Origin: an uncultured delta proteobacterium
Lineage (GTDB): Bacteria; Myxococcota_A; Polyangia; Haliangiales; Haliangiaceae
Length of the DNA stretch: 64,000 nt
Assembly: GCA_963848295.1 (NCBI GenBank)
Contig: CAWKDB010000002.1
Location: 224,001-288,000 of the forward strand
Direction: 5' to 3'
Shown here: positions 31,822-46,535 of the stretch, piece by piece
Layout: the number at the start of each line of letters is the position of its first letter
Numbering within the stretch: the first letter of the stretch is position 1
The notes under the pieces: model-generated
Databases searched by the model: none
Seen by the model: the letters and a program-made list of their open reading frames with translations, nothing else
Told to the model about the DNA's origin: nothing
Made by a program: the position numbers and the translations under genes

Positions 31822-33057
31822 ATGACGCTCGCCGACACCGACCCCGAGATCGCGAAGCTGATCGCCGCCGAGGAACAGCGCGAGCGCGACAAGATCCGCC
31901 TGATCGCGTCGGAGAACTACGTGTCGCGCGCCGTGCTCGCCGCGACCGGCTCCATCCTCACGAACAAGTACAGCGAAGGCTATCCAGGCAAGCGCTACTA
32001 CGAGGGTCAGCAGTTCATCGATCCGATCGAGCAGACCTGCATCGATCGCGCGAAGGCGCTGTTCGGCGCCGAGCACGCGAACGTCCAGCCGTACTCCGGC
32101 TCGCCCGCGAATCTCGCGATCTACTTCGCATTCTGCAAGCCGGGCGACACCGTGATGGGCATGGGCTTGCCCGCCGGCGGCCACCTCACGCACGGCTGGA
32201 ACGTCTCGATCACCGGCAGCTACTTCCGCGCGGTGCAGTACGGCGTGCGCAAAGACACGCAGCGCGTCGACATGGACGAGGTCCGCGATCTCGCGCTCAA
32301 GGAAAAGCCGAAGCTGCTGTTCGCGGGCGGCACCGCGATCCCGCGCACGATCGACTTCCCGGCGTACGCCGCGATCGCGAAAGAGGTCGGCGCGATCTTC
32401 GCGGCGGACATCGCGCACATCGCTGGGCTCGTCGCGGCGGGCGTGCATCCGTCGCCGGTGCCGGTGGCCGATGTCGTGTCGACGACGACGCACAAGACCC
32501 TGCGCGGCCCGCGCGGCGGCATGCTGCTATGCACCGCGGCGCATCAGAAGGCGATCGATCGCGCCGTGTTCCCCGGCTTGCAGGGCGGGCCGCACAACCA
32601 CACGACCGCCGGCATCGCGGTCGCACTGCGCGAGGCGGCGACCGCCGAGTTCAAGAACTACGCGCAGCAGATCGTCGCGAACGCGAAGGCGCTCGCCGCA
32701 GCGCTCGTCGAGCGCGGGTTCTCGCTCGTCACCGGCGGCACCGACAACCACCTGATCCTGTGCGACCTGACCTCGAAGAACGTGTCGGGCAAGATCGCCG
32801 CGAAGGCGCTCGACGCCGCCGGCATCGAGCTCAACTACAACAGCGTGCCATTCGACACGCGCAAGCCGTTCGACCCGTCGGGCATCCGCCTCGGCACCGC
32901 GGCGGTCACGAGCCGCGGCATGAAGGAACCGGAGATGAAGCTGATCGCGGCCTGGATGGATCAGGTCGTCAACGCGCCGGCGGATGCGGGTTTGCACGCG
33001 AAGCTCGCGGGCGAGATCCGCGAGCTGTGCGCGAAGTTCCCGGCGCCGGGGCTGTAG
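31822..33057 (+). CDS. glyA: Serine hydroxymethyltransferase
   Basis: LIASEN, NKYSEGYPGKRYY, GGHLTHG, TTTHKTLRGPRGG and FPGLQGGP. Confidence 0.97.
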   Translation: MTLADTDPEIAKLIAAEEQRERDKIRLIASENYVSRAVLAATGSILTNKYSEGYPGKRYYEGQQFIDPIEQTCIDRAKALFGAEHANVQPYSGSPANLAIYFAFCKPGDTVMGMGLPAGGHLTHGWNVSITGSYFRAVQYGVRKDTQRVDMDEVRDLALKEKPKLLFAGGTAIPRTIDFPAYAAIAKEVGAIFAADIAHIAGLVAAGVHPSPVPVADVVSTTTHKTLRGPRGGMLLCTAAHQKAIDRAVFPGLQGGPHNHTTAGIAVALREAATAEFKNYAQQIVANAKALAAALVERGFSLVTGGTDNHLILCDLTSKNVSGKIAAKALDAAGIELNYNSVPFDTRKPFDPSGIRLGTAAVTSRGMKEPEMKLIAAWMDQVVNAPADAGLHAKLAGEIRELCAKFPAPGL

Positions 33058-33060
33058 GTC

Positions 33061-33951
33061 CTATCGCTTCGGCGCCTTGCGGTTGATCTGTGCCGTGCCG
33101 GTCGCGGCGTCGATCTTCACTTCCCAGGTTTCCGGATCGATCTTCTGCAAAGCGATGCCGAGGCCGATTCGCTCGTTCGGACTCAGATCGTTCTGCTCGA
33201 ACAGGTGCTCGCACATAGCGCGGAGCGGTGCGTGCTCTTTCATCAAGGCCTCGAGCGACCACGCAGCAGCCTGGAAGATCGCGTCGTTCACCGCGAGCCT
33301 CCGGTCTGCCTCCGTCTGCTGCGTTGTCTTGAAGCGCGCCGCAGCGCCGAAGTCCGACAGATAATCGAACGCCGAAATGATGCGACGGACCGGGCGCGGA
33401 TCTCCTGTCGCGAAGTAGTAGGCCCACAGCGCATCGAGGATGGAGGGGTCGTCGACCTTGCAGGTCAGGATATCCAGAGGCGGGCCGCGTAGCCCGGTTG
33501 GCGCGCCACTATGGTCGAGGAACGCTCGGCCCTCCTTTGTTCCGGACAACCATGCCGCGAGCTGCAGCGTCTCGCGGGCCGCGCCTTTCAGATCGCCGAG
33601 CGCGCCAGCCCAGTCGTGAATCCTTGCCGGATTCGCGCGCATCACTTGCCCGAAGAAGACCGCGGTGACAAACCGCTGTGGGGCGCCGTCGAGGGATCCC
33701 GACTCCGCCCGTGCTCGCAGTTCGGGGACGAACCGGTCCGGGCTCGGGTTGGCGTAGTAGAACTTCATCCAATCGGTCGCCATTCCGATCGCCTCCGTCT
33801 TGGGCTCTGTGCGTGTCTTGGAAGTGACATCGAAACCGCTGCCGATCAGCTGCCTGAGAGCGTCGTCGCACGCAGGAGGCGCCGCGTGCCCTGCCAACGA
33901 GCAGGACGCCCCGGTGCAGATCGCCAACGCCGCCGTCCAACGCCAACGCAT
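33061..33951 (-). CDS. Hypothetical exported protein
   Basis: Signal-like N-terminus and a helical domain (LDALWAYYFATGD). Confidence 0.7.
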   Translation of the reverse strand: MRWRWTAALAICTGASCSLAGHAAPPACDDALRQLIGSGFDVTSKTRTEPKTEAIGMATDWMKFYYANPSPDRFVPELRARAESGSLDGAPQRFVTAVFFGQVMRANPARIHDWAGALGDLKGAARETLQLAAWLSGTKEGRAFLDHSGAPTGLRGPPLDILTCKVDDPSILDALWAYYFATGDPRPVRRIISAFDYLSDFGAAARFKTTQQTEADRRLAVNDAIFQAAAWSLEALMKEHAPLRAMCEHLFEQNDLSPNERIGLGIALQKIDPETWEVKIDAATGTAQINRKAPKR

Positions 33952-33960
33952 CAACGGGTC

Positions 33961-35268
33961 CTAACGTTTCTTCGATTTCTTCGACGGTTTCGCCGCCGGC
34001 GTCGGCGCCGGGCCGAGCAACTCGACGAGCTTGTCGATGATCCGGTGCGCGACCTCGGTCTTCGGGCCCGGCGGCACGTCGGCGACGCCGTGGCGGTCGA
34101 CGAGGTGGACGTGGTTGGTGTCGACCGCGAAGCCCGCGTTCGGCTCGCCGACATCGTTCGCGACGATCAGATCGCAGCGCTTGGCCGCGAGCTTGTTCTG
34201 CGCGTTGCCGATCACGTCATCGGTCTCCGCCGCGAACCCGACCAGCACGGGGTGGTGCCCTCGCCGCTTCGCGCCGAGCCCGGCGAGCAGATCGGGGTTC
34301 GCGACGAGCTCGATCTGGGTCTTCGCGCCGAGCTCGCCGCGCTTGAGCTTGGACTTCGCTTCTCTCGCCGGCCGGTAGTCCGCGACCGCGGCGGTCATCA
34401 CGATCGCGTCGGCGGTCTTCGCCGCGCTGTCGAGCGCCCACTGCAATTGCGCGGCGGTCTCGACGTGGCTGGTCGTCACGCCGATGGGCGGCGCGACGCC
34501 GCTCGGCCCGAGGATCAACGTGACGTCGGCACCGCGGCGCTGCGCGGCGGCGGCGAGCGCGATGCCCATCTTGCCGGAGCTCCGGTTGCCGACGAACCGC
34601 ACCGGATCGATCGGCTCGTACGTCGGCCCGGCGGTGACGACGATCCGCACGCCGGCCAGGTCTTGCCTCGACAGCACGTGCGCCGCGGCTTCGAGAATAT
34701 CGTCGGGTTCAGCGAGCCGCCCGGGACCGGTCCAGCCGCACGCGAGGTAGCCAGCGCCCGGGGCGACGACGTGATAGCGCGCGATGTCGACGAGCCTCTT
34801 TAGATTTGCCTGGGTCAGCGCGTGGCCCCACATGTTGACGTTCATCGACGGCGCGACGAGTACCGGCGCCTTCGTGGCGAGCGCGATCGCCGCGACCGGA
34901 TCGTTGGCCATCCCGGCGGCGAGCCGCGCGATCGCGTTCGCGGTCGCCGGCGCGATCACCAAGAGATCCGCGCGGTCGGCGAGCTGGATGTGGCCGATGT
35001 TCGCTTCGTCGGTGAGCGAGAACAGATCGGTGAACACCGGCCGCCGCGTCAACGCCTGGAACGTCATCGGCGTGACGAACTTCTGCGCGCGCGCGGTCAT
35101 CGCGACCTCGACGTGCGCGCCGGCCTTGTCGAACAACCGCACGAGCTCGGCGGCCTTGTACGCGGCGATCCCACCGGTGACGCCGACGACGATCCGCGCG
35201 CCGTCGAGCGGCCGGGCGGGGTCGCGAGCTGCGCGATCGCTGCGAGGTCCTAGTGCCATTTGCGGCAC
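33961..35268 (-). CDS. coaBC: Bifunctional PPC decarboxylase / PPC synthetase
   Basis: [48 protein letters not shown] and GFAAET. Confidence 0.96.
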   Translation of the reverse strand: MPQMALGPRSDRAARDPARPLDGARIVVGVTGGIAAYKAAELVRLFDKAGAHVEVAMTARAQKFVTPMTFQALTRRPVFTDLFSLTDEANIGHIQLADRADLLVIAPATANAIARLAAGMANDPVAAIALATKAPVLVAPSMNVNMWGHALTQANLKRLVDIARYHVVAPGAGYLACGWTGPGRLAEPDDILEAAAHVLSRQDLAGVRIVVTAGPTYEPIDPVRFVGNRSSGKMGIALAAAAQRRGADVTLILGPSGVAPPIGVTTSHVETAAQLQWALDSAAKTADAIVMTAAVADYRPAREAKSKLKRGELGAKTQIELVANPDLLAGLGAKRRGHHPVLVGFAAETDDVIGNAQNKLAAKRCDLIVANDVGEPNAGFAVDTNHVHLVDRHGVADVPPGPKTEVAHRIIDKLVELLGPAPTPAAKPSKKSKKR

Positions 35269-35284
35269 TGTACCCGAGTTGTGA

Positions 35285-36712
35285 TCAGCCGACGCGCGTC
35301 GCGATGTACTTCAGCTGCGTGTAGTCGTCGATGCCGTGGCGACTGCCCTCGCGGCCGACGCCGGACTGCTTGACGCCTCCGAACGGCGCTTGCGCGGTCG
35401 ACACGAGCCCTTCGTTGACGCCGACCATCCCGACCTGGAGCGCCTCGGCGACGCGAGTCTGGCGCGCACCGTCGCGGGTGAACACGTAGCCGACGAGCCC
35501 GGCGTCGGTGTCGTTCGCCTGGGCGAGCGCGTCGGCTTCGTCTCGCGCGATCCGGATCGCGACGATCGGTCCGAAGATCTCCTCGCGCCAGATCGCCATC
35601 TCGGGGGTCACGCTGCCGAGCACGACCGGCGCGACGAGCCGCGACGTGCCGGTCGGGGCCGTGCCGAGCAGGATCCGTGCGCCGCGCGCCGTGGCGTCGC
35701 CGACCAACCGCGCGCACTTGCGCGCCGCATCGTCATCGATCACCGGACCGAGATCGACGCCGGCGACGAGCCCGCTGCCGACCGCGAGCTTGGCGACCGC
35801 CGCGCACAGCTTCTCCGTGAACGCCGCGGCGACCGGCTGTTCGACGATGAAGCGATTCGCCGCGACGCAGCTCTGGCCGGTGTTGCGAAACTTCGCGACC
35901 ATCGCGCCGGCGACCGCGGCATCGACGTCTGCGTCGGCGAGTACGACGAACGGCGCGTTGCCTCCGAGCTCGAGCGAGATCCGCTTGAGATCCTCGGCCG
36001 CGCCGCGCATCAGCAGCCTGCCGACCTCGGTCGAGCCGGTGAACCCGATCTTGCGGATCGCGCGCGCGTTGACCAGCCGGGTTCCGGCGCGCGCGCCGTC
36101 GAGCGCGGGCACGACGTTGATGACGCCCGCGGGCACGCCGACGTCGTGCGCGATCGCCGCGAGCGCGAGCGCACCGAGTGGTGTTTGCTCGGCGGGCTTC
36201 GTCACGGTCGTGCAGCCGGCGGCGAGCGCGGCGCCGAGCTTGCGCGTGAGCATCGCGTACGGAAAGTTCCACGGCGTGATCAGCGCGCACGGTCCGACCG
36301 GTTGGCGGATCACGTGCAAGCGCTGGCCGGCGGAGCTCGCGGGAATCGTCTCGCCGTAGATCCGCTCGGCCTCGCCCGCGAACCAGTGGAAGAAGCTCGC
36401 CGCGTAGCGGACCTCCGCGGCGGATTCCTGGAGCGGCTTGCCGTTCTCGCGCGTGCACAGCTCGGCGAGCTCGGCCTCGGCCTCGAGCATGCGCTCGGCC
36501 ATGGCAGCGAGCAGCGAACCGCGTTCGATACCGGGCACCGCGGCCCAGGCCGGGAACGCGCGCGCCGCCGCGCCGACCGCCTGATCGATCACCGCGTCGT
36601 CAGCGTCGGTGACGTTCGCGATGACCGAGCCGTCGAACGGGTCGTGAACCGGAAAGCTCCGAGCGCTGCGCTGCCAGGCGCCGTCGATATAGGCTTCAGT
36701 TCTCGGCTCCAT
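35285..36712 (-). CDS. gabD: NAD(P)-dependent succinate-semialdehyde dehydrogenase
   Basis: [39 protein letters not shown] and [14 protein letters not shown]. Confidence 0.9.
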   Translation of the reverse strand: MEPRTEAYIDGAWQRSARSFPVHDPFDGSVIANVTDADDAVIDQAVGAAARAFPAWAAVPGIERGSLLAAMAERMLEAEAELAELCTRENGKPLQESAAEVRYAASFFHWFAGEAERIYGETIPASSAGQRLHVIRQPVGPCALITPWNFPYAMLTRKLGAALAAGCTTVTKPAEQTPLGALALAAIAHDVGVPAGVINVVPALDGARAGTRLVNARAIRKIGFTGSTEVGRLLMRGAAEDLKRISLELGGNAPFVVLADADVDAAVAGAMVAKFRNTGQSCVAANRFIVEQPVAAAFTEKLCAAVAKLAVGSGLVAGVDLGPVIDDDAARKCARLVGDATARGARILLGTAPTGTSRLVAPVVLGSVTPEMAIWREEIFGPIVAIRIARDEADALAQANDTDAGLVGYVFTRDGARQTRVAEALQVGMVGVNEGLVSTAQAPFGGVKQSGVGREGSRHGIDDYTQLKYIATRVG

Positions 36713-36781
36713 GTCCGAGGTCTACCGCGAGATCCGAGATCCGGTGCGACTGTGCACCCGGATCACGCGTCTATTGCTGAT

Positions 36782-38398
36782 ATGACCCAGCCCATGAAGG
36801 CCGAGCGACTTCGCATTGCGTTGATCTTCGTCGTCACGATGGCGGTCGTGGTTGGCGGCGCCGTCTACTTCTTCGCGATCTATCGGCCGAAGCAGGTCAA
36901 GAAGGACGCGCAGGCCGAGATCCTGACGTGGGAGAAGCGCTGGGACGCGGCGCGCGCATGCATGCTCGGATCCGCGAAGCCCGAGGGCAAGACGAGCGAA
37001 GCGCTCGCGATCCACGAGATGTCGCCCGAGGCGTGGGACGAGCACGCGTGCTCGGCGCTGGTCGGCAACATCAATCGCGGCGCCGCGCCCGACACCGGCC
37101 TCGACGACGTCGAGCGCGCCTGGCAAGCGCTCGATCACGACGCCGCGAAGGCCGCGAACGCGTTCGCGATGCATGCGCCGGACGAGGGCAAGCCCGACGG
37201 GCTACCCGCCGCGCTCGACGCCCTCGACGATGACCGGGCGGCGTTGCGCGTCGCCGCCGGCTTGCCCGACGATCGCACGACGACGGCCGCGCTGCCCGCC
37301 GCGACCGTGACCCCGATCATGCTCGGCACCGCCGCGGTCCACGTGACCGACTCCCGGCGCGAGCTCGCGACCTCGGTCCACGGCGTGGTCGCGAACGGCC
37401 GCGCGAGCTCGACGACGGTGCGCGTTCAGCTAAGCGCCGACGGCAGCGTGAAGGCCGGCGCGGTTCCGAGCGATGTCCCCGGCGAACGCAGCCTGACCGA
37501 TCCGTCGTGGGGTGCGGTCGCGGTCGGCGATGGCCTCGCGATCGGGGCGTTCGGCGAGACCGGAGAGATCACCGGCGGCGCGGACCAGGCCATGAAGGTC
37601 CAACCTCAGCTCATCGGCGCGCTCGGCGGCGCCGCGAAGGGTACGCTCGTGTTGTCGCCAAACGGCAAGGACGAATACGCGATCGCGCGGTGGGCCGACA
37701 GCAAGCTGACGATCGGTCCGGTCACGAAGATCGTCGATGGTCGCGTCGGCCGCGACCCGGGCGCCGGCGCTCGGCTCGCGTTCGTGTGGTCGGACCCGCA
37801 CGGCGCGATCCAGGGCCAGATCGTGACCAACGACGACGCGTCGAAGGTGGCCGAGCTGCGCCACGCAACCGGCAAGCCCGCCGCGGCGGACTCCGAAGAC
37901 GGTGACGACGGCGCGAATCCGGCGGATCGCGTCGCCGGCCCGATCTGCTTCACCAGCGACCGCGCGTGGACGACGGTCGACCATCGCCTGATGTCGTTCG
38001 CGGCCGACGGCACGGTCGCATCGCCGTGTCCCGCCGGCGGCTACTGCCCGGCCGAGCTCGGCGCGGAGGCGACGATCATCGCGTGCACCGCAGACACCGT
38101 CGTCGTCGCCGACAACACGCGTAGCTCCGCGTTCGCCGTCTGCACCGCGAGCGCCTGCCGCACCGCGAACCTGCCGCCGCAGCCGTGGTTCCAAGCGGTC
38201 ACCGTCGCCGACGGCAAGCTGGTCTCGATCTTCGGCCATGCCGGGGTGATCGCGGTGCGCCGCGAAGGCGGAGCGACGACCTACTACAGCGTCGCCGGAT
38301 CGCCGCACATGATCGCGGCGGTGACCGATGGCAAGGCGGTGTCGGTGCTCGCGTCGCAGAACGGTGGCGACGTCGTGGTTCGCGTCCCGCTCAAGTAA
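36782..38398 (+). CDS. Hypothetical membrane-anchored protein
   Basis: N-terminal TM ([20 protein letters not shown]) and a beta-rich, Cys-containing C-terminus. Confidence 0.75.
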   Translation: MTQPMKAERLRIALIFVVTMAVVVGGAVYFFAIYRPKQVKKDAQAEILTWEKRWDAARACMLGSAKPEGKTSEALAIHEMSPEAWDEHACSALVGNINRGAAPDTGLDDVERAWQALDHDAAKAANAFAMHAPDEGKPDGLPAALDALDDDRAALRVAAGLPDDRTTTAALPAATVTPIMLGTAAVHVTDSRRELATSVHGVVANGRASSTTVRVQLSADGSVKAGAVPSDVPGERSLTDPSWGAVAVGDGLAIGAFGETGEITGGADQAMKVQPQLIGALGGAAKGTLVLSPNGKDEYAIARWADSKLTIGPVTKIVDGRVGRDPGAGARLAFVWSDPHGAIQGQIVTNDDASKVAELRHATGKPAAADSEDGDDGANPADRVAGPICFTSDRAWTTVDHRLMSFAADGTVASPCPAGGYCPAELGAEATIIACTADTVVVADNTRSSAFAVCTASACRTANLPPQPWFQAVTVADGKLVSIFGHAGVIAVRREGGATTYYSVAGSPHMIAAVTDGKAVSVLASQNGGDVVVRVPLK

Positions 38399-39707
38399 CG
38401 GCGAGCTGCGCGGCGAGCGCCCGGGTCTCGACCAGGTTGTCCTCGATCGAGCAGTAGGTCCAGCCGCCGTAGCGGCCGACCGAGTGCACCCCGGCGGCGC
38501 TCAGCTGCGCGCGGAGTCGCGCCGTTTCGGCGAGCGAGCGCCGCGTGATGTGGACGTACGCCGGATCGAGCACGACGCTGTGATGCGCGACGAGCTGGTG
38601 GTCGGTGACGATCTGCTCGCGCCGTAGATCGGCGAGCGTGCGGGCGAGCAGCGCCTCGGTATCGAACACCGCGCCGGCCGGCGCGCCGATCTCGACGTAC
38701 AAGCTCATCCGCGCCCCCCCGGAATGGAGCGGACCAGGCTCTGCGTGGCCCGCGGGGTCGACGATGTTGTCGTACCAACCGACGCGATAGAACACGTCGG
38801 CGCGCTCCGGGAAGTACATCCAGTGGACGTCGTCGCGGCCCTTGCGATCGAACCCGAGGTTGAACACCAGCACCGCGTTCGCCGAGAACGCGCCGGCATC
38901 GTGCGGCGCGGCGCACAACCGCGCGAGCGTGGGCAGCGGCGCCGAGCTGATCACGAGCCCGGCCTCGATCGATCGCCGCGGGGTCGAGACCGTGCGCGTC
39001 GCGAGATCGATCGCGATCGCCGGCTCGCCGCAGCTGACGCAGTCGGCCGGCAGATCCTTCAGCAGCGCGTGGATGTAGCGGATCGCGCCCTTCGCCGGAT
39101 ACGTGAACGTCGCGTTGTAACCGTGCTTGCGACCCGGCTCGGGACGCATGTTGCCGATGATGTCCGCGATGTCGGCGTGAGGGAAGAACCGGCCCATCGC
39201 GTCGGGATCGAGCGCGTCGAGCTCGGTCGCGTACAGCTTCTCGTTGTACGGGCGCAGGAACTTGTCGGTGATGCCCTTGCCGTACTTGCGATAGAGCATC
39301 TCGCCGAACGACGTGGGCGGATGCTCGCCCGCCGGCCGAAAGTACAACTCGGTCAGGCACTCGATGAAGTCGTCGTGCGGCAGCTCGTGGATGTGCGACT
39401 GAAACGGAAAGTGGATGTCTCGACCGGCGAAACGAATGAGCGCCTTGCGCTCGACCGTCCGCACGTCCTCGCCGGGCATGCGATCGCGCAACCACGCCTC
39501 GATCTCGGGATGCTTGAAGTGGAAGAAGTGACCGGAGTAGTCCCACACGAACCCGGCCTGCTCGACGGTGCGGCAGTAGCCGCCCGGTTCAGCCGCGGCC
39601 TCGAGCACGACGACGCGCGCGCCCGGATGCGCCGCGCGCCACCAGTTCGCGAAGCCGAGGCCCGACACGCCGGCGCCGATGATGACGACGTCGGCGGTCC
39701 CGGTCAC
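38391..39707 (-). CDS. FAD-dependent oxidoreductase (HemY / UDP-galactopyranose mutase-like)
   Basis: [29 protein letters not shown] and GRYGGWTY. Confidence 0.85.
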   Translation of the reverse strand: MTGTADVVIIGAGVSGLGFANWWRAAHPGARVVVLEAAAEPGGYCRTVEQAGFVWDYSGHFFHFKHPEIEAWLRDRMPGEDVRTVERKALIRFAGRDIHFPFQSHIHELPHDDFIECLTELYFRPAGEHPPTSFGEMLYRKYGKGITDKFLRPYNEKLYATELDALDPDAMGRFFPHADIADIIGNMRPEPGRKHGYNATFTYPAKGAIRYIHALLKDLPADCVSCGEPAIAIDLATRTVSTPRRSIEAGLVISSAPLPTLARLCAAPHDAGAFSANAVLVFNLGFDRKGRDDVHWMYFPERADVFYRVGWYDNIVDPAGHAEPGPLHSGGARMSLYVEIGAPAGAVFDTEALLARTLADLRREQIVTDHQLVAHHSVVLDPAYVHITRRSLAETARLRAQLSAAGVHSVGRYGGWTYCSIEDNLVETRALAAQLAVT

Positions 39708-41407
39708 CCGAGCCGTCCGATCTCGCTCGTGAAGATCCGCCGCGCGATCGCGATCGCGCAGCCGTAGGTCGAGTCCATGCCGAAGTACGACAGGCTCTTC
39801 GATAGCAAGCTCTGGCGTCGCGAGTACGGCGTATCCGACGCGTAGTGGATGACGCCGAGCTCGAGCATGTTCTGATCGACGAGCGAGACGATCTCGTCCT
39901 TCGGGTGGCGTCGAGGCTCGACCAGCTCGTACGCCGCCGATAGGTACGGGCCGGCCTCCATCTCCATCACGGTGTAGCCCTCGCGATAGAACACGTCCAT
40001 GTACTCGCGGTTCTGCAGGAACGCGGAGCGCACGGTCAGCGCCTTCTGGTTGTCGAGCACGGTGCCGTGGTGCAGGTACGGCGCGACGTCGTGCGCGGTC
40101 AACGCGTTGCGAAATAGGTACGTATTCGACGAGTGCTCGTCATGGACGACCTTGCTGATCATCACGTCGCCGATCCGGCCGTTGAGCGTCGCCGCTTTGC
40201 CCATGATGTACAGCCCGCGCAGCTCGTCGACGCCCAAGCCCACGGCCGACAGGTGGTGATACGCCGCCATCCCGAGCGGGTAGTCGATGTTGATGATCAG
40301 CGCGCGGCTGTGCGCGAGCCGTTCGATGCCCGGGACGTGCAGCCGCGGATCGAGCTTGTCGACTCGTAGCTTGCCGAGATCGATGACCTGCGCGTCGACG
40401 TCGATCTTGCCGGGCGACGCGATCGCCTGGATGCCGACCGCGGCGTCGGACGCCTGGACCTGCGCCATCCGTTCGCCGTCGCCCTTGTCGTGGATGAACG
40501 CGCGCAGCGAGTAGTAGAGGATGTTCGCGGCCGAGGACACCTCGCCGGCGGCGACCGTCTCGTCGTAGCGCGGCGCGAGATCCTCGAAGTTGCGACGGCG
40601 CAGGAACTCGACGATCTCGTCCTGGTGCTCGCGCGCGTAGCCGCCCATGAGGTTCGCGAGCGAGTGGCTGTTCGACGACACGAAATAGATCGGGCGCCGC
40701 CGCGGCACCGCATCGACGATGCCGCGCCACCAGCGCAGCGCCGAGCGCTGATACTCGCGGAACGAGCCGTCGAGCAGCCGGACCAGCACGTCGCTGTCGT
40801 GGGCGATCATCTCGCGCAGCACGTCGTTCGCGTTGGGCCCGAGGGCGCCGCGCAGCTTCGCGATGCCGACGTCGTCGACGCCGATCGCCGCCGCGAGCGC
40901 GATGTCATCCTCGACGTTCGTGACCCGGGCTTGCAGCAGCCGATCGCGCACCTTGTTCCACTCGATCTGATACGCGGTGATGATCGGCACGAGATCGTCG
41001 ATGTCGGAGCCCGACGCGACGAACACCGCGAGGTTGCCTTCGCCATCCCAGCGCAGTGGGCGCCGCCGACCGCGCGTGCGCACGACCTGCCAGCTCTTGA
41101 TGTGAAACCCGGCCGCTTCGAACTGCGCGACCGACTGGCCGAGCACGATGCGCTTCACGCTCGGCATGCAGTCGGGCAAGCGCGCGGCGCTGTACGCGAA
41201 CGCCGCCAAGTCCGGATCGGGATCCTCGGCGCCGAGGTGCAGGCTCGATCGCGAGTAGAGGTGCGCCTCTTCGAACCCGCGCACCCGAACGTCGCCGCTG
41301 CTCCTCAACAGCGAATAGTACGTCCGGATGTACAGGTCGATTTCATCGCTGGACGCACGAGGGGGCTGGCGATCCACCCCTCTAAGGTAGATCACCAATC
41401 GCCTCAA
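39704..41407 (-). CDS. Conserved hypothetical protein with nucleoside-phosphorylase-like C-terminal domain
   Basis: [25 protein letters not shown] and YASD resemble PNP/AMP-nucleosidase motifs; start uncertain. Confidence 0.7.
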   Translation of the reverse strand: MRRLVIYLRGVDRQPPRASSDEIDLYIRTYYSLLRSSGDVRVRGFEEAHLYSRSSLHLGAEDPDPDLAAFAYSAARLPDCMPSVKRIVLGQSVAQFEAAGFHIKSWQVVRTRGRRRPLRWDGEGNLAVFVASGSDIDDLVPIITAYQIEWNKVRDRLLQARVTNVEDDIALAAAIGVDDVGIAKLRGALGPNANDVLREMIAHDSDVLVRLLDGSFREYQRSALRWWRGIVDAVPRRRPIYFVSSNSHSLANLMGGYAREHQDEIVEFLRRRNFEDLAPRYDETVAAGEVSSAANILYYSLRAFIHDKGDGERMAQVQASDAAVGIQAIASPGKIDVDAQVIDLGKLRVDKLDPRLHVPGIERLAHSRALIINIDYPLGMAAYHHLSAVGLGVDELRGLYIMGKAATLNGRIGDVMISKVVHDEHSSNTYLFRNALTAHDVAPYLHHGTVLDNQKALTVRSAFLQNREYMDVFYREGYTVMEMEAGPYLSAAYELVEPRRHPKDEIVSLVDQNMLELGVIHYASDTPYSRRQSLLSKSLSYFGMDSTYGCAIAIARRIFTSEIGRLG

Positions 41408-41457
41408 ACGCTTTTCTTGGCGCCTAGATAGTGATACCCAAGCGTCCCTGAGGTCAC

Positions 41458-41676
41458 GTGAGTAAGGAAGAGCTGATCAATCTCGACGGCGAGGTCGTCC
41501 TGATCGCGAAGGGCGGCAACTTTCGCGTCAAGCTCGACAACGGCCACGAGGTCCTCGCCAAGCTCGCCGGCAAGGTCCGCCGGCACCGGATCCGCGTCGT
41601 GCTCGGGGACCGCGTCACCGTCGCGGTATCGCCCTACGATCCGACCCGCGGCTTCATCGTCTATCGCCAGCGCTAA
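41458..41676 (+). CDS. infA: Translation initiation factor IF-1
   Basis: FRVKLDNGHEVLAKLAGKVR...IRVVLGDRVTVAVSPYDPTRGFIVYR, 72 aa. Confidence 0.95.
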   Translation: MSKEELINLDGEVVLIAKGGNFRVKLDNGHEVLAKLAGKVRRHRIRVVLGDRVTVAVSPYDPTRGFIVYRQR

Positions 41677-41703
41677 GCACTGCCGACGCGGTAGGCTTGG
41701 GGC

Positions 41704-44160
<2,457 letters not shown>

Positions 44161-44164
<4 letters not shown>

Positions 44165-44502
44165 CCAAGCCGACGACCCGAGGCGACGATAATCCGTTCC
44201 TCGTGCTCGGCGTCTCGCCCGACGCCAGCCGGATCGAGATCGAGCGCGAAGCGCAGAAGCTGCTCGGCATGCTCGAGCTCGGCTTTGCCGAGGCGAAGTC
44301 GTTCGACACGCCGCTCGGTCCGCGCGAACGCACCGCCGAGGCCGTGCGCGCCGCGGTCGCCGCGCTGCGCGACCCCTATCAGCGCTTGCTCGCCGAGCTG
44401 TGGGCGCGCAATGCGCCGCCGGTCCGCGAGGCCGCGCCGGTGCGCGAGCCGCCCGGGATCGCGCCGACCGGTCTGCGGCGCGCGCTCGGGTGGAGGCCGT
44501 GA
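44161..44502 (+). CDS. J-domain-like small protein lacking HPD
   Basis: DNPFLVLGVSPDASRIEIER and ALRDPYQR; ATGA overlap with the Hsp70 gene. Confidence 0.7.
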
Positions 44503-46017
44503 TCCGGATGTACGCCCTGCCCTACGTCGCGTTCTTGCGTCTGCATCGCTACGCGCTCGATGCGCGGCGGCGCGATCGCACGTGGCGCTATCTCGCGTGG
44601 TCGGTGCTCGCCGGCGTGACCGGCGGCTTGCTCGTCGGCGTGACGCTCGCGGTCGCCGAGCTGTTGTGGATGGTCGGCTGGTGGCCGCTCGCGGTCGGCC
44701 TCGTCGCGCTGTTCGCCGTGCCGCTGCTCGATCCTCTGCTCGCGCGTCACGTGCTCGTGCCGCTCGGCGCGGTGCGACCTTCGTATTGGGTCGCTCGGCT
44801 CGCGACGATGCGCGACCCCGAGGCCTACGCGTTGTGCCTCGCGGCGTGGGCGCATTCCCACCGGCCGACGCCCTCGGGCGAAGCGTGGATCGCGGCGCGA
44901 CGCGACCGCCGGGTGCCGCTCGGCGATGCCGAGATCGTGACGACCGCGCTCGTCACCGCCGGCCGCGGCGATGCCGAGGCCGCGCGCCAGCTGATGCGTT
45001 CGACCGCGTTCATCGTCGAAGATCATCCGCAAGTGCGCGAGCTCGCCGGCGAGTGGCTCGCGTGCGACGCCGCCGAGCGCGGCGCGTGGCAAGAGCTCGC
45101 CGACGACGGCCGCGCCGCGACGTGGCCCGCGAGCTCGCTGACGTATCTGCTCGAAGGCATCGCGTCTCGCCAGCTCGGCGCGGGCACGCCGGGCGTCGTC
45201 GAGCTCCACGCGCGCTGGCTGATCGCGCCGTTTCGCCGCGCGACCCGGCCGTTGCTCGACCGCGCGCTCGCGGTCGCGCCCGCGCCCGCCGCCGCGACGA
45301 CGGCGAGCGAGCCCGAGCCGATCGCGAACGCCGACGACGATGCTCGCGGCGCCGCACCGCTGCCGCGCGCGATCGCGGCCCAGCTCGCGTTCGCGACCGA
45401 CGCCCCGACGCCGGCCGCGCTCGCTCGTGCCGTCGCCGCGTGGGACGCCGCGCTCGCCGATCCCGCGACGCGGACCTGGCTCGCGCGACGCGCGCTCGAG
45501 CTCGACGCGCCACTCGGCGCAGCCGATCGCGCGCTGCGTGACATCGCCGCGAGCGTCACCGACGAGCTCGGCCGCGCCGCCGATCGGGCCGGCCTATCGC
45601 TGACGCGCGCGCGCGGCATCGTCGGCGACGGCCTGGCGCATCGCTTGCGCCACGGCCGGCTCGACGCGCTCGAAGCCGGCTTCACGAGCTGGGCCGATCG
45701 CCGCCACTCCGGCGCGATCCGCGCGCCGATCGACGAGTGGCGCGAATGGGTCGCGTTGCGCGCGAGCTACGACGCGACCGCCGCCGCGGGCGGGCTCGAC
45801 GTGCGCCGGCTCGCGTTCCCGCACGTCTACCGGACCGCCACGACGATGGCCGCGTGGTTGTGGAACTCGCGCCACGAGTACGCCGTGTCGCACGCGATCT
45901 CGGCGTGGCTGCGGGTGGAGGCGATGGCGGTCGGCGATGCCGAGGCGATCGAGCTGTGCACGCGCAACTGCCAGCCTCGCCGTGCCGACCCGCCTCGGCA
46001 GCGTCAATGCACCTTAG
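44499..46017 (+). CDS. Membrane protein with helical soluble domain; probable frameshift near 45970
   Basis: Two TM segments near the N-terminus; GTGA overlap with the J-like gene; likely stop at 46015-46017. Confidence 0.7.
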
Positions 46018-46028
46018 ATCGGAGATCC

Positions 46029-46487
46029 ATGTCCACGCGCCTACTGCTCTCGCTCGCGTTGCTCGTCCCCGCCACCGCTCGCGCCGACGACAAGGTGCCG
46101 CCCGCGTGCGCCGCGGTCGGAACGCCCCCGGCGTCGGCGAAGATCCAACCGCCGGTGACCGCCGCGCGCATCGCGCTCGCGATGTGCGAAGCGGAGGGCA
46201 AGTTCAACGCGCTCCATCTCACGCCCGATGACGCCGGTATCGCGGCGATCACCGACGCTGCCGCGCCGAGCCTCGCATTGCTAGACGCCGAGGTGCAGCG
46301 CGACGACCCGTTCTGGAGCCCGATCGCGCAGAAGGCGCGTGCGGCGCTGCACGTCGCGATGGCCGTGCGGATGCGCAACGCCGTGCCGCCGATCACGGCG
46401 ACCACGACCACCGCCGAGCTAACCCAGCACGATCAGGCGCACGCGGCGCTCGAGCCGAAGCTCAAGCCGTGGCTCGATGCCCACTAG
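46029..46487 (+). CDS. Secreted hypothetical protein, paralog A
   Basis: Signal MSTRLLLSLALLVPATARA; similar to 46536-46982. Confidence 0.8.
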   Translation: MSTRLLLSLALLVPATARADDKVPPACAAVGTPPASAKIQPPVTAARIALAMCEAEGKFNALHLTPDDAGIAAITDAAAPSLALLDAEVQRDDPFWSPIAQKARAALHVAMAVRMRNAVPPITATTTTAELTQHDQAHAALEPKLKPWLDAH

Positions 46488-46535
46488 CGTCCACCGCACG
46501 ATACCGCTCCCGCCGGATTCTGTCAGGATGCGATC

